Under the pieces are notes generated by a model, which ran no database searches, was not told the DNA's origin, and worked only from the letters and a program-made list of their open reading frames with translations. A stretch of DNA of 64,000 bases from Octopus vulgaris. Its lineage: Eukaryota. Within the stretch, counting starts at the first letter, position 1. Each line of letters starts with the position of its first letter. The DNA lies in the NCBI GenBank assembly GCA_951406725.2, contig OX597828.1:47988001-48052000 (forward strand), given 5' to 3'. The translations under genes were made by a program, and so were the position numbers. Shown here in pieces: positions 1 to 12,377 of the stretch.

Positions 1-1051
1 GTGCCCTTCCTTGCACAAGGCTGACTAAGTAAATAGATGGACTGCCATTGTGTAGGAATGAGTACTTAAAGGTTTGATGGGCCATTCCAAATATAGCTGA
101 AGGTTGGCTGGACTTGGCCATGTTGGGTGTGAACACAGATTGGGTGTGTAGCAGGGCTGAAGAAATTTCAGCTATAAATATAGTTACAAAGAAATGAAAT
201 GAAGAGAGAGAAAGAAGGAGCGAGAAAGAAGGAGAGAGACAGACAGACAGAGGTAGGGAGTGACTTAACACTGGTGATTAAATATAGAAAGGTGTGGCAA
301 GATGAGGGAACACACAGGTGTGGCCACAGGCCACTGTTTGGATGAGAAATTTGCTTCCCAACCATGTGGGCTCGGGTTCAGACCCACTGCACAGCACATT
401 GGGCAAGTTTCTTCTTTTATAGTGCTGAGCTGATTCGAGTCTTGTGAGTGGATTTGATAGTTAGAAGCTAAAAGAAGCCTATTGCGAGTGTTTGTGGATA
501 TGTGCACATTCTTGATATCATGTAAATGAGCATCACTGTCATACAAGTGAGGTTGTTCATTTGCAATCCACCATGAAAAACATGTCTAGTCATGGAGAAA
601 GATTACCTTGTTTGGAAACAGGTGATGGTTGGTGACAAGAAGGGCATCAAGCCATAGAAAATTTCCCTTTACAAATTCTGTCTGACCCATGCAAGCATGG
701 AAAAGTGGAGATTAAATCATGATAATGAAACATTATACATAAAGTTTATCTCCACAGATTTTCTAAAGAGCTCAGAGGCAACACTGAAAGTTACGTTTCA
801 TATATGAATACGTCTATGTAAATGATGTGATGACAGATAGAAAAAGTAGCTACAGGTCGTACGGCCGCTTTATTTAATGACACGGCTCTGGCACATTTTC
901 GTAACATTTTGAAATGGCAGGAAAAAGCAGACTTCTCTTGATATATTTCTAATTAAACGACCTGCAAGTGTAAAAAGTGACGAAAGTGTATCCAAAAAAG
1001 CCTAAATTAAGCAAAGTGAGAGAGAAAACGCCGGAAATTGTTCTTCTTTAA

Positions 1052-1266
1052 CCCTTTCATTACTGTATTTATTTTGAGATGCTCTGCGTTTCTTTTAATT
1101 ATTTTAAATATAACAAAGAATTTAGTAATATAACTTAGTTATCATTAAGCTAGTGTTAGGAAAGTAAATTGTGACTAAGGTTTGGTGGAAGATTTTAATT
1201 CAAAACTCATGAAAACAAGACATTTGTACTACAGAGCCGGTTTTGGCCGGGTTAGCAACAAAAGGG
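1052..1266 (+). mobile_element. piggyBac-type MITE, family 1
   Basis: TTAA|CCCTTT...AAAGGG|TTAA termini. Near-identical copies at 20835-21054 (-) and 46286-46493 (+). Confidence 0.85.
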
Positions 1267-3414
1267 TTAATGGTAGGAGATTCTCCTTCCGAACAGTAAT
1301 CCACCTCCTCCCTGCTCTATCATCTTCCTTGCACAAATCATCCCACCTTTAAGGTAATTCAATTAATAAAACCAGTTTACATATTTCTTATGTATCGTCT
1401 TTTTTTTATAATTGTCATTTTACTTGTAACTACACCTTTTGGGTTTTAAAACCCACAAGAAATTATTTGGAGGGGCTGGAATGGATTAATATCTTAGTTA
1501 ATTTCAATGGGGAAAATTGATTTGCAAAATGCGTAGATCATAAAATGAGCTCGGTTATGGAATGAATTAAACACGTACTGCAAAGTATCACTGAAACATA
1601 ATGTCTGAGATCATTTAAGCAAAGACCACTTCTAGATAATAGACACAGACGCGATTGTGTGGTAAGAAGTTTGTTTCCCCACCACATAGTTCTGGGCTCA
1701 GTCCCACTGTGTGACATTCTGAGCAAGTGTCTTCTACAACAGTCCCAGGCCAACCAAACCCTTGTGAGTGGATTTGGTAGACAGAAACCGAAAGAAGCTT
1801 GCCATATATATATATAGGGAAAGTTTACGAAAAAAACAAAAGACAAAAACAGGTGGTGTACAAAACAAACAGCTGTATTAGTATAACGCTCAGGAATAGA
1901 AAAAGTCTTTTACGTTTTGAGCCTATGCTCTTCTACAGAAAGGAACACAGAAAAAACAAGGAGAGAAAAAATGTGTGTAGTAGCTAACAATCTATCATGG
2001 CTAACGATCTATCATGCCATATATATATATATATGATTAGTAATTATACGAAACCGGTATGCTTCTGAATCTCTTTAACAATTCACAATAATGACTTTTA
2101 TTACTTTTATTACTACCTCAGTTCATCTAATTGTATATATCCATCGTTACTTTTCATAAAAAGCCTTTAATTTTTTGATTTCGAATTTGCATTTTCGCTT
2201 ATTTTTCTTCCTACTTTCCCCTTACATTTCCACGTGTAGTTTCTATTTTCCTTTTGTAACATATTTCTATTTTATATATATATATATATATATATATGTG
2301 CATGCATGTGAGTGTGTATATCTATATACGTGTATGCCTCTGTCTGTCCACCACCACTACATGACAACAAGTGTTGGTGTATTTAAGTTCCTATAACTTA
2401 GTGGTTTGTCAAAAAGTGAGCAATAGAGTTAGCACCAGGCTTGATAAAGTAAGTACAGGGTTGTTTTTTTTTTGCTAAAACCTTTGAAGGTAATGTCCCA
2501 GATGAAAGCAGATGAATCTTCTGTTGACAGCTTCACTTTCTTCAACAATGTAAACAATGAAGCCGTATTTAAGGTGGGGGTGTATCAAAAGAATGATGGA
2601 ACTAACTGGTTATTTGAATCATAATTCTTGGATGATTTTACTCAAAGGAAAAGTAACATAGGTGTGTGTGTGTGTGTGTAGACAGTGTATGCGAAGGGAT
2701 GGATGGATGGGAAGGCCGGTAGGTAGATAGATTATATTATTTATATATGTGAGAGAGAGAAAGAGAGAGAGATTAAAAGTAAAGAGGTCATCAAAGATGC
2801 CAACTGTTTACAGGAATTCTTCACACTGAACCAGCACCAGTTGGGTTGAGAGGGAAGAATTTTGCAAGATTCAGATAAAATTGGGAGAGACCATTTTGGC
2901 AAGTGACCAGAAATCAGTTGAAGAATGTATGATTCACACAAAAGGTATATTCTGCTTGTCTTTGGACAGTCGTCCATCCTTGTCCATCCTCTTTCAGGAG
3001 CTATATTTACCTAAAAAAAATCCTTTCCCAGACACTGAGAGTGATGTAATTACATAGCAGCAGATTGTGGTGGTGGTTGTATTTTAATGAGAATTTATGG
3101 AATTCTGTGGGTGTCCTACCCTCAAACTACAGGAAAAATCAGAGCTACCAAGATGTCAAAAACCTTAGATTTTGCACTCTAATAATTCTATCAAATTACT
3201 GTCTCTGTTCATTCAGTTTTACATTTGATTTTCCATACTAGCATGGATTAGACCAAATATATTAGTTGAAGGGCTGTTTGACAACGAGATGCCCAGCCTG
3301 GAAATAAGCCTTACCTAACGTTCAAAGTAAGGGAGCCTTTATTCTACATAACTTTGAAAGCATCAAGTAAATGAAAGATTTATTGACAGGAGAAATACCA
3401 AAAAATCAACAATA

Positions 3415-3579
3415 GGCGCAGGAGTGGCTGTGTGGTAAGTAGCTTGCTAACCAACCACATGGTTCCGGGTTCAGTCCCACTGCGTGGCACCTTGGGCAAG
3501 TGTCTTCTGCTATAGCCTCGGGCCGACCAATGCCTTGTGAGTAGATTTGGTAGACGGAAGCTGAAAGAAGCCTGTCGTA

Positions 3580-3620
<41 letters not shown>

Positions 3621-3836
3621 ATGTGTGTGTGTTTGTGTGTGTGTCCCTAGCATTGCTTGACAACCGATGCTGATGTGTTTACGTCCCCGTCACTTAGTGG
3701 TTCAGCAAAAGAGACCGATAGAATAAGTACTGGGCTTACAAAGAATAAGTCCCGGGGTCGATTTGCTTGACTAAAGGCGGTGCTCCAGCATGGCCACAGT
3801 CAAATGACTGAAACAAGTGAAAGAGTAAAAGAGAGT
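3415..3836 (+). mobile_element. tRNA-derived SINE, family A (full copy)
   Basis: Head GGCGCAGGAGTGGCTGTGTGG (A box) ... GGTTCAGTCCC (B box), CORE-like ACCTTGGGCAAGT, internal (TA)n(TG)n, 3' part ending ...GACTGAAACAAGT(G/A)AAAGAG. There are many copies in the window. Confidence 0.85.
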
Positions 3837-4479
3837 AATAGAAGGGATAGACCCAGCAAAATGTGAGATGAAGTGGTAAGAAAAGATCAACTGATGTTGG
3901 GACTCGCAGAGGGGATGACAGGACAAAGATTCCAGACAGTTTGCTCTGCTCGAAAAGAAACATCAAGCTAAGTAAAAGCGCAGATGTCCTTGCATACAGG
4001 TTCGTCCCCTGCAACCCTCTCCAGCAGAGCATCCTTCATCTTGCAGGTTCATAAGTGCTGGTGCCAAGTAAAAAGCCCCCATGCCGGTGTCGCGTAAAAG
4101 CACCCAATACACTCTTGTAAAGCGGTTGGTGTTAGGAAGGGCATCCAGCTGTAAAAAAAAAACCATGCCAAAACAGACACGGAGCCTGAACAGCCCTTCA
4201 GCTGGTCAGCTCCTGTCAAACTGTCCAACCCATGCCAGCATGGAAAACAGGCCTTAAACGATGATGATGATGATGACGATGATGATGATGATGACGATGA
4301 TGATGATGATGAACAACCGTGCTTGAGTGTTGTTGCTTTTGTATAAGCAAACGGACAAGTAAACAGAAACATTCACACACACAAACACGTGCATACAACA
4401 TCCTTGTGTTAACACTCACTTTTCAACACTTATATGGGTCAGACAGAATACACTGAGATATATTTTCCATGACCTGATA

Positions 4480-4510
<31 letters not shown>

Positions 4511-5331
4511 GTTGTCTTTAATTCTTTCTTTTCTTTTACTAGTTTCAGTCAGTTGACCACGGCCATGCTGGAGCACTACCTTGAAGGGACTATTTTTTTT
4601 AAAGCCCAATACTTATTATTCTATCACCTTTTCTTTACCAAACTGCTAGATTACGGGGATGTAAACAGACCAACACCAGTTGTTAAGCAATAATGAGAGG
4701 ACAAACACAGACACACATATATATACACAATGGGCTTTTTTCAGTTTCCATCTACCAAATCCACTCACAGGGCTTTGGTCAGTCTGAGGCTATAGTAGAA
4801 GACATGTCTTTCAGATTCCATCAACTAAATCTGCTAACAAGGCCTTGGTCAGCCCCTTGTGGAAGACATCTGTCCAAAGCACAGTCGGACTGAACTCAAA
4901 GCCACAAGGTTGGAAAGCAAACTCTTCAACCACACAACTACACTTGCACCTGGACCATGGTAATAATAAAATCTAACTGATCATCTTTTATTCTTTTACT
5001 AGTAACGGCCATGCTGGAGTACCACCTTCAAAGTGAAACATTCTAAAACCCATTTGCAGGGTGATGGTGACAGTGGTGGTAATAAAAGTAATACTACAAC
5101 AAACAAACGTGGCCTCCATAGCAGATTCAGTCAACAGTCATCGAAAAGCAACAAAGAAGCTTTGACAAACAAAAACAAACAAAATTGGATATTTAATAAA
5201 CAAGTGGAATTTAACGAGCGTGTGCGTTAATTATGTTGGCATATTAACTCACCCTAGACAACAAAACTCGTTTTGACACACAAATTCATAAAGAATCTTG
5301 CAAACCAGATACAAAAACAAAATAGCATAAA

Positions 5332-5741
5332 GGCGCAGGAGTGGCTGTGTGGTAAGTAGCTTGCTTACCAACCACATGGTTCCAGGTTCAGTCCCACTGC
5401 GTAGCACCTTGGGTAAGTAAGTGTCTTCTACTATAGCCTCAGACCAACCAATGCATTGTGAGTGGATTTGGTAGACGGAAACCGAAAGAAGCCTGTCGTA
5501 TGTGTGTGTGTGTGTGTGTGTGTGTCTGTGTGTCTGTGTTTGTCCCCACCAACATCGCTTGACAACCGATGCTGGTGTGTTTACATCCCCGTCACTTAGC
5601 GGTTCGGCAAAAGAGACCGATAGAATAACTACTAGGCTTACAAGGAATAAGTCCTGGGGGTCGATTTGCTCAACTAAAGGCGGTGCTCCAGCATGGCCGC
5701 AGTCAAATGACTGAAACAAGTAAAAGAGAGTAAAGAGAGAG
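5332..5741 (+). mobile_element. tRNA-derived SINE, family A
   Basis: Highly similar to 3415-3836. Confidence 0.85.
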
Positions 5742-6482
5742 TTAATGATGTTAGTGGTAAAAGCCATAGTTTTTGTGGCAGTGGAAACAACAGTAGTAGT
5801 AGTAGTAGTAGCACCAGCACTTAGGTGAAGCATTCACTGCCACCACCACCACCACCACCAAACCTACTGCTAAGAACCTCCTAGCACTGACTACAGTCAA
5901 CATGGGTCAGAGGTTAATACAGATAACAAAGAGTAAACTAATGTGACTGGTTATTTCAGGAAGTAAACAATATGGAGAGATAGATAGAGATTAACCCTTC
6001 AGCCTTCAGATTACTCTGTCGAGAATGTAATGCTTATTTATTCACATTGATTTGAGTTAGTCATGCTTTATCTTGTAGCTTTGAGATTTTGATGATGTGA
6101 CGACGACTACGACTGTTTATTTTCAGAAAGATATTGTAGGGTAGGTATGAGAGGCCCAATATTGTAGGTTTGAACATCATCATCATCATCGTTTAACGTC
6201 CGCTTTCCATGCTAGCATGGGTTGGACGGTTCAACTGGGGTCTGGGAAGCCCGAAGGCTGCACCAGGCCATTCAGATCTGGCAGTGTTTCTACAGCTGGA
6301 TGCCCTTCCTAACGCCAACCACTCCGTGAGTGTAGTGGGTGCTTTTTATGTGTCACCGACACAGGTGCCAGACAAGGCTGGCGAATGGCCACGCTCGGAT
6401 GGTGCTTTTTACGTGCCACCGGCATGGAGGCCAGGCGAAAACATAACATATTTGGGCTGGATATGGCTGGTTAAATGCTAAA

Positions 6483-6817
6483 GGCACATGGATCAGTGGT
6501 TAGAGTGTCAGGCTCACAATCATGAGGTAGCAAGTTCAATTCTCAGATCAGGTTTTCTGTTGTGTTCTTGAGCAAGACACTTTATTTTTCATGTTGCACC
6601 AGTTCACTCAGCTGTAAAAATGAGTTGCGACATCACAAGTGCCAAGCTATATCAGCCTTTGCCTTTCCTGGGATAACATTGGTGGTATGGAGAGGGCAGG
6701 CTGGTATGCATGGGTGACTGCTGGTCTTTCATAAACAACCTCGCCCGGACTTCTGCCTTGGAAGGGAACTTTCTAGGTGCACCTCATGGTCATTCGTGAC
6801 TGAAGGGGATCTTCACC
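6483..6817 (+). mobile_element. tRNA-derived SINE, family C; copies at 36049-36330 (+), 45520-45846 (+) and about 29980-30320 (-)
   Basis: A/B boxes (TGG.TCAGTGG, GTTCAATTC), then GTGTTCTTGAGCAAGACACTTTA and CAGTTCACTCAGCTGTA shared among copies. Confidence 0.8.
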
Positions 6818-7399
6818 TGATCGCCATCATCACTGTTTTAATGCCCACTTTTCTAGGCTTGCATGAGTCAGATGGAATTCACTGAAGCAGATTTTCTCTA
6901 ACCCCGTGTCCTTCCTGTTGCCAATCCCAACCAGTTTCCATACAAGGTAATATTCTACATGATCAGACATGCTTTCATGGAAGATTGGAAACAAACAACA
7001 CTGCTTGAATGACAGTGACACCTATTTATAATTATCATGTAAGGGCAAGACAAGGGCACACACTCATGGGCTTCTTTCAATTTCCATCTGCCAAATCCAC
7101 ACAAAAAAGGCTCAGGTCACCTACTAAAATTCACACTGAAGGATTAAGGACAAAAAACGGCTGCAGTGAAAGATGTTAATTTAAGAGGCATCAGACTGAA
7201 AATGAACCCAAGACATTATTATTACAAATGGACGTTTAGTGTCCATTTTCCATGCCGGCATGGGTTGGACAGTTTGACAAACTGGTAAGCTAGTGAGCTG
7301 CACCAGGCTCCGGTCTGTTTTGGCTTGGTTTCTTGGCTGGATGACCTTCCTGGTGCCTTTTGCATATCACCAGCATGGTTGCCTTTAATGCATCACTGA

Positions 7400-7751
7400 C
7401 ACGGGTGCCTTTTGTGTTACACCAGCACGGTTCCCCCACCACCAGTGCCGGTGGCACATAAGAGGACCATCCGAACGTGGCCATTGCCAGCGCTGCCCCG
7501 ACTGCCTCCATGCCAGTGGCACGTAAAAAGCACCATCCAATCGTGGCCGTTGCCAGCCTTGTCTGGCACGTAAAAAGCACCCACTACACTCATGGAGTGG
7601 TTGGCGTTAGGAGGGGCATCCAGCAGTAGAAACATTGCCAGATCAGACTGGGCCTGGTGCAGCCTTCTGGCTTCCCAGACCCCAGTTGAACCGTCCAACC
7701 CATGCCAACATGGAAAGCGGACGCTAAACGATTATGATGATAATGATGATG
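7400..7751 (+). mobile_element. Abundant retroposon 3' fragment with (GAT)n tail (family D); copies at about 4050, 6176, 26045, 27225, 28830, 29470, 31620, 36620, 48420, 56500 and 57525
   Basis: Shared GTGGTTGGCGTTAGGAAGGGCATCCAGC...CCAACCCATGC(C/T)AGCATGGAAAGCGGACGTTAAACGATGATG, with variable 5' truncation and internal GGCACGTAAAAGCACC repeats. Confidence 0.8.
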
Positions 7752-8092
7752 CAGAGAGAGGGAAAGAGAAAATAGTGAATTATATGTATGTGTGTGTGTA
7801 TAGAAATATATAGGGGCTGAATAATCATCTCAAACGGGAAGTCCTTTGTCATTTATTACTCAACAACAACAGAATAGAATTCAAAGAATAGATTCATATC
7901 TTATATCTGCTGCTCTTGTTTTTTGTTGATTTCCTTTTTTTTTTTTTTACAGCTGTAAATGCTTTCACTCTGGTCTGTCTGGTCTGGGCACTGAAGCATA
8001 GAACCAAAGCTATGAGAACACCCTGACAAAACAATGACAACTCCAACTGCCATGTCTGGAACACAAGGTCACACCACACTATTTATAACAGC

Positions 8093-8132
8093 ATATATAT
8101 ATATATATATATATAGCTACAGGTTGTGTTTT

Positions 8133-8178
<46 letters not shown>

Positions 8179-8242
8179 CTACAGGTTGTGTTTTTGTTTT
8201 ATATATATATATATATATATATAGCTACAGGTTGTGTTTTTG

Positions 8243-8285
<43 letters not shown>

Positions 8286-8301
8286 CTACAGGTTGTGTTT
8301 T

Positions 8302-8341
<40 letters not shown>

Positions 8342-8357
8342 CTACAGGTTGTGTTTT

Positions 8358-8401
<44 letters not shown>

Positions 8402-8419
8402 CTACAGGTTGTGTTTTTG

Positions 8420-8459
<40 letters not shown>

Positions 8460-8515
8460 CTACAGGTTGTGTTTTTGTTTTATATATATATATATAGCTA
8501 CAGGTTGTGTTTTTG

Positions 8516-8553
<38 letters not shown>

Positions 8554-8618
8554 CTACAGGTTGTGTTTTTGTTTTATATATATATATATATATATAGCTA
8601 CAGGTTGTGTTTTTGTTT

Positions 8619-8663
<45 letters not shown>

Positions 8664-8678
8664 CTACAGGTTGTGTTT

Positions 8679-8724
<46 letters not shown>

Positions 8725-8740
8725 CTACAGGTTGTGTTTT

Positions 8741-8782
<42 letters not shown>

Positions 8783-8800
8783 CTACAGGTTGTGTTTTTG

Positions 8801-8840
<40 letters not shown>

Positions 8841-8903
8841 CTACAGGTTGTGTTTTTGTTTTTATATATATATATATATATATATAGCTACAGGTTGTGT
8901 TTT

Positions 8904-8943
<40 letters not shown>

Positions 8944-8959
8944 CTACAGGTTGTGTTTT

Positions 8960-9003
<44 letters not shown>

Positions 9004-9019
9004 CTACAGGTTGTGTTTT

Positions 9020-9063
<44 letters not shown>

Positions 9064-9079
9064 CTACAGGTTGTGTTTT

Positions 9080-9110
<31 letters not shown>

Positions 9111-9184
9111 GCTACATATTGTACAGGTTGTGTTTTTGTTTTATATTTATATATATATATATATATAGCTACAGGTTGTGTTTT

Positions 9185-9226
<42 letters not shown>

Positions 9227-9242
9227 CTACAGGTTGTGTTTT

Positions 9243-9273
<31 letters not shown>

Positions 9274-9290
9274 GCTACAGGTTGTGTTTT

Positions 9291-9321
<31 letters not shown>

Positions 9322-9340
9322 GCTACAGGTTGTGTTTTTG

Positions 9341-9373
<33 letters not shown>
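8093..9373. repeat. Composite satellite: 23 units of GCTACAGGTTGTGTTTTTGTTTT separated by variable-length (TA)n
   Basis: Counted directly. It produces the [10 protein letters not shown] ORFs in the track. Confidence 0.95.
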
Positions 9374-9376
<3 letters not shown>

Positions 9377-9653
9377 AAAGTAAAAAAATACAAACTGGGA
9401 CAAGAACGTGAAACATTAGAAGACGACACAAAAAACATGGACGGGACACTCGAAGCCCCCAATCCCCAGTCAAGAACCAGACCATCCCCGCAACTTCGGC
9501 TGATCAATCCCGAGATCGCTCCGACCCGGCCAGCCCCAAAGGAAAATCCAAGCCAAGCGCACTAGACTCCCTGGAAGAAAGCCTCGAATGTATACAAAGC
9601 AAGGATGGAAAACGGACGATGCCACACAAATAAAAATACACAGGTTGTGTTTT

Positions 9654-9660
<7 letters not shown>
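9374..9660 (-). mobile_element. (TA)n-embedded interspersed repeat, probable PLE/retroelement terminal fragment; relatives at 13343-13742 (+) and 31178-31340 (-)
   Basis: The three copies align over the segment ...cttgactgaaga...ttcgaatg...; all are bounded by (TA)n. Confidence 0.55.
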
Positions 9661-9706
<46 letters not shown>

Positions 9707-9808
9707 GGAGTAAACACATAAATGTGAAACAAGGTGGAAAAAAGAGTACTCAAATACCAGTGGTAGAGTAATATGCTTTATTTTAAGCAGCAGAAAATTC
9801 AACAAAAT

Positions 9809-9846
9809 CTGTTACTCTGAGTTTCTCGTTGCCGTTCATCAGACAG
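9809..9846 (-). ncRNA. Minimal hammerhead ribozyme motif, inverted copy
   Basis: Exact reverse complement of 9902-9939 in the other arm of the palindrome. Confidence 0.7.
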
Positions 9847-9901
9847 TTTTTGCTAGAATGGAACTGATATAATTGATATATCAGTTCCATTCTAGCAAAA
9901 A

Positions 9902-9939
9902 CTGTCTGATGAACGGCAACGAGAAACTCAGAGTAACAG
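9902..9939 (+). ncRNA. Minimal type I hammerhead ribozyme motif (Penelope-like element type)
   Basis: ctgt-CTGATGA-acg gcaa cga-GAAA-ctc a gag-TA-acag: stem I, intact core, short stem II, palindromic stem III, GUA cleavage triplet. Confidence 0.7.
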
Positions 9940-9971
9940 ATTTTGTTGAATTTTCTGCTGCTTAAAATAAA

Positions 9972-10033
<62 letters not shown>

Positions 10034-11807
10034 AGGTTTGTTTTTTTCTTCTAAATATTTCACCACAATATCACCATTAGAGTCGCATGACAGGTACTAA
10101 TCTGTCCTCCACACTCTCATTCTGTGTCTGAATATAGTTGGCTAGTGAAGTTATGTTGAACACCTGTTGCCACATTCAAGACATATGTTGTAGTCAGCTT
10201 CAGTTGAATCCATTTTGAAGATCTGACTTGCTTGCTTTCCTTTCAGAGTTTTCCTCTGGTTGTTTGGAATGGACAACAAGATCATGAGGATTGAGGACAG
10301 GGCTTCCATTTTGTGGTCAAAACTGTCAACTTGTACAAATGTCACTTAAAAGAAAAGGTGCTAACCTCAAGTTAATTTTGAGTGACAATGGCAGAGTCGT
10401 TAGCCCACCAGGCAAAATAATTAGAGGCATTATTTTCTGAGTTCAAATTCTGCCTTTCAACTTTACCTTTCATCCCTTTCAAGGTCAATAAAATAAGTAC
10501 CACTAAAGCAATGGGAGGAAAATCGATGTAATCAACTTACCCCCACCCTCCTCTGAAATTGCAGGCCTTGTGCCAAAAACTGAAATCAATATCATCATCA
10601 TCGTCATCAAGGTAGTGAGCTGGCAGAACTGTTAGTAGACCAAACAAAATGCTGCTAGCATTTTGTCTGTCTGTCTGTCTGTACACAGATACATTTTGAG
10701 TTCAAATTCCTCTAATGTCGACTTTGTCTTCCATCCATTTTGGGGGTGATGAAATAAGTACCAGTTGTGTGCTGGGGTTAATGTAAACAATTAGCCCTCT
10801 CCTTGCAAAATTTCAGGCTTGTATTATTATTACTACTACTACAATTACTAGTCATTGGAAATTCTAGAGACAGAAAGGTCAATTGTGTGTTTAATTCCTG
10901 TCCTGGTTATAAAACTGGACAATGGAGTAGTTGACTGACCTATGGCTATTATGTGTGAAGGGAGAGGGGTGGTGTTGAAATGTACTAACAAAGCAAGTGC
11001 TCAAGGTTGGCTCGAGAGATCTCACGTATACACACAAACACATTTCAGACAAACACACACACATACTGTACTATATAGCACACAAGGCCACCAGATGCAT
11101 ACACCCAATACTAGATAACATATTAGTAGTATACGGTGATTACTTGTATGTGTGTGTGTGTGTGTGTGTAATGACATTGATATTGATTATTATTTCGGTA
11201 CATTGTTGAAGATGGTTATGATATTAGTCATTACAATATATAATAACTTCGGTGAGTTGTTAGTGTGTACACAGCTTTAGTAGCTTCAGCAGAATATTTG
11301 TCCCTGTTTTTATGATCATTGTGTATGTTAGTAGTTTCTTGGCAACTGCTACAAAGAAAGATATAGCAACTGGTGTCTTTACAATTAGAGAGGATGATGA
11401 TTCTATTCTTGTGCACCACTCTTTGACCAGGGACTGATCAATGCTCTTGGCTTGGCGAAGCATTTACCAAAGAGAAAGAAAGAGTGTAAGCAGTGTCTTG
11501 TCCCTTTCCTCTACAAGTGCTCATTGATCAGAGACAGCAACCAAAGAGGAAGAGACTTACTTGCTGGTGTTTTTATAATGTTACTGAATAAACCAGGTCA
11601 AGCTAAAACTATGGATTTTTTTTCCCAGTAATATCTGTCTTGACGCTTTCACGGCCAGAGAGAGATCAAGATCAACTTGTTTACATTAATTTCTGACTGC
11701 AGAGACAAGAAAATGATAGGTTTAAAATTTGCTTGACAATGTTGAGAAATCTGGATTCAGTTTCAAATCCTCACTTCGCTATTCTGCAGTTGTTCATTAC
11801 ATTTTAT

Positions 11808-11869
<62 letters not shown>

Positions 11870-12023
11870 TTCGAGCGAGGTCATTGCCAATACCGCCTGA
11901 CTGGCCCCTGTGCCATGGCACGTAATAGGGCACCATTCGAGCATGATCATTACTTACTGGCACCTGTGCTGGTGCCATGTGTTAAAAGATTCAAGCAAGG
12001 TCATTGGACTAAGATGTTAAAAC

Positions 12024-12289
12024 ACCTACATTGCTAGAAATAAGAGCTAAAAAGCTAAAAGGCTAAAAAATTCTAAAGCTGTAGTTAAAGAACCTAATTG
12101 TATACATATGACTGACAGGAACTGTAATCACCCAACGCGATGGCATTAACCAAAACTGACCAATCAGTATAGGGAATTTCTGAGGCCAGTGTATTTGGGT
12201 GATTACAATCCATCAGTACATATGTATACAATTATGTGCTTTAACTACAGAATTAGAGCATTTTAGCTCTTATTTCTAGCAATGTAGGT
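12024..12289. mobile_element. Foldback-type MITE with long imperfect terminal inverted repeats
   Basis: ACCTACATTGCTAGAAATAAGAGCTAAAA pairs with TTTTAGCTCTTATTTCTAGCAATGTAGGT. Pairing continues inward to TGTAATCACCCAA/TTGGGTGATTACA. Confidence 0.7.
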
Positions 12290-12377
12290 AGTGTTCTGAT
12301 GCCCTAGTCATATTTAGAGGCATTTACATACATATATATATATATATAAAACAATCATCACAATGCTATATGATATA

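Larger units (their letters stand above)
9704..9972. mobile_element. Penelope-like element terminal-repeat fragment with inverted partial duplication, embedded in (TA)n
   Basis: Arms 9776-9871 and 9877-9972 are reverse complements with one indel. Carries hammerhead motifs. A further copy lies at 12917-13072. Confidence 0.65.

Noticed and set aside
3415-3485. tRNA-like A/B boxes as a tRNA gene
   Set aside because: No cloverleaf forms. It is the head of a multi-copy SINE.
5249-5833. 194-aa ORF and recurring peptides such as FDCGHAGAPPL, QLDALPNANH and VYQIHSQG
   Set aside because: They are read-throughs of SINE/retroposon copies, and the same peptides recur wherever the repeats occur.
8093-9373. 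CRISPR-like repeat-spacer appearance
   Set aside because: The spacers are only (TA)n, there are no cas genes and the context is eukaryotic. It is a satellite.
8034-9507. Many YIYI-rich ORFs; likewise the HTHT/CVCV/SLSL and poly-His/Ser ORFs elsewhere (e.g. 4049-4419, 23824-24734, 38126-38648)
   Set aside because: These are translations of micro- and minisatellites.
2741-11463. Minus-strand ORFs at 2741-2977, 10151-10345 and 11260-11463 as candidate MAP2K exon 2
   Set aside because: None resembles the expected MEK sequence (LEELELDEQQ..., GxGxxG) or any family I recognise.
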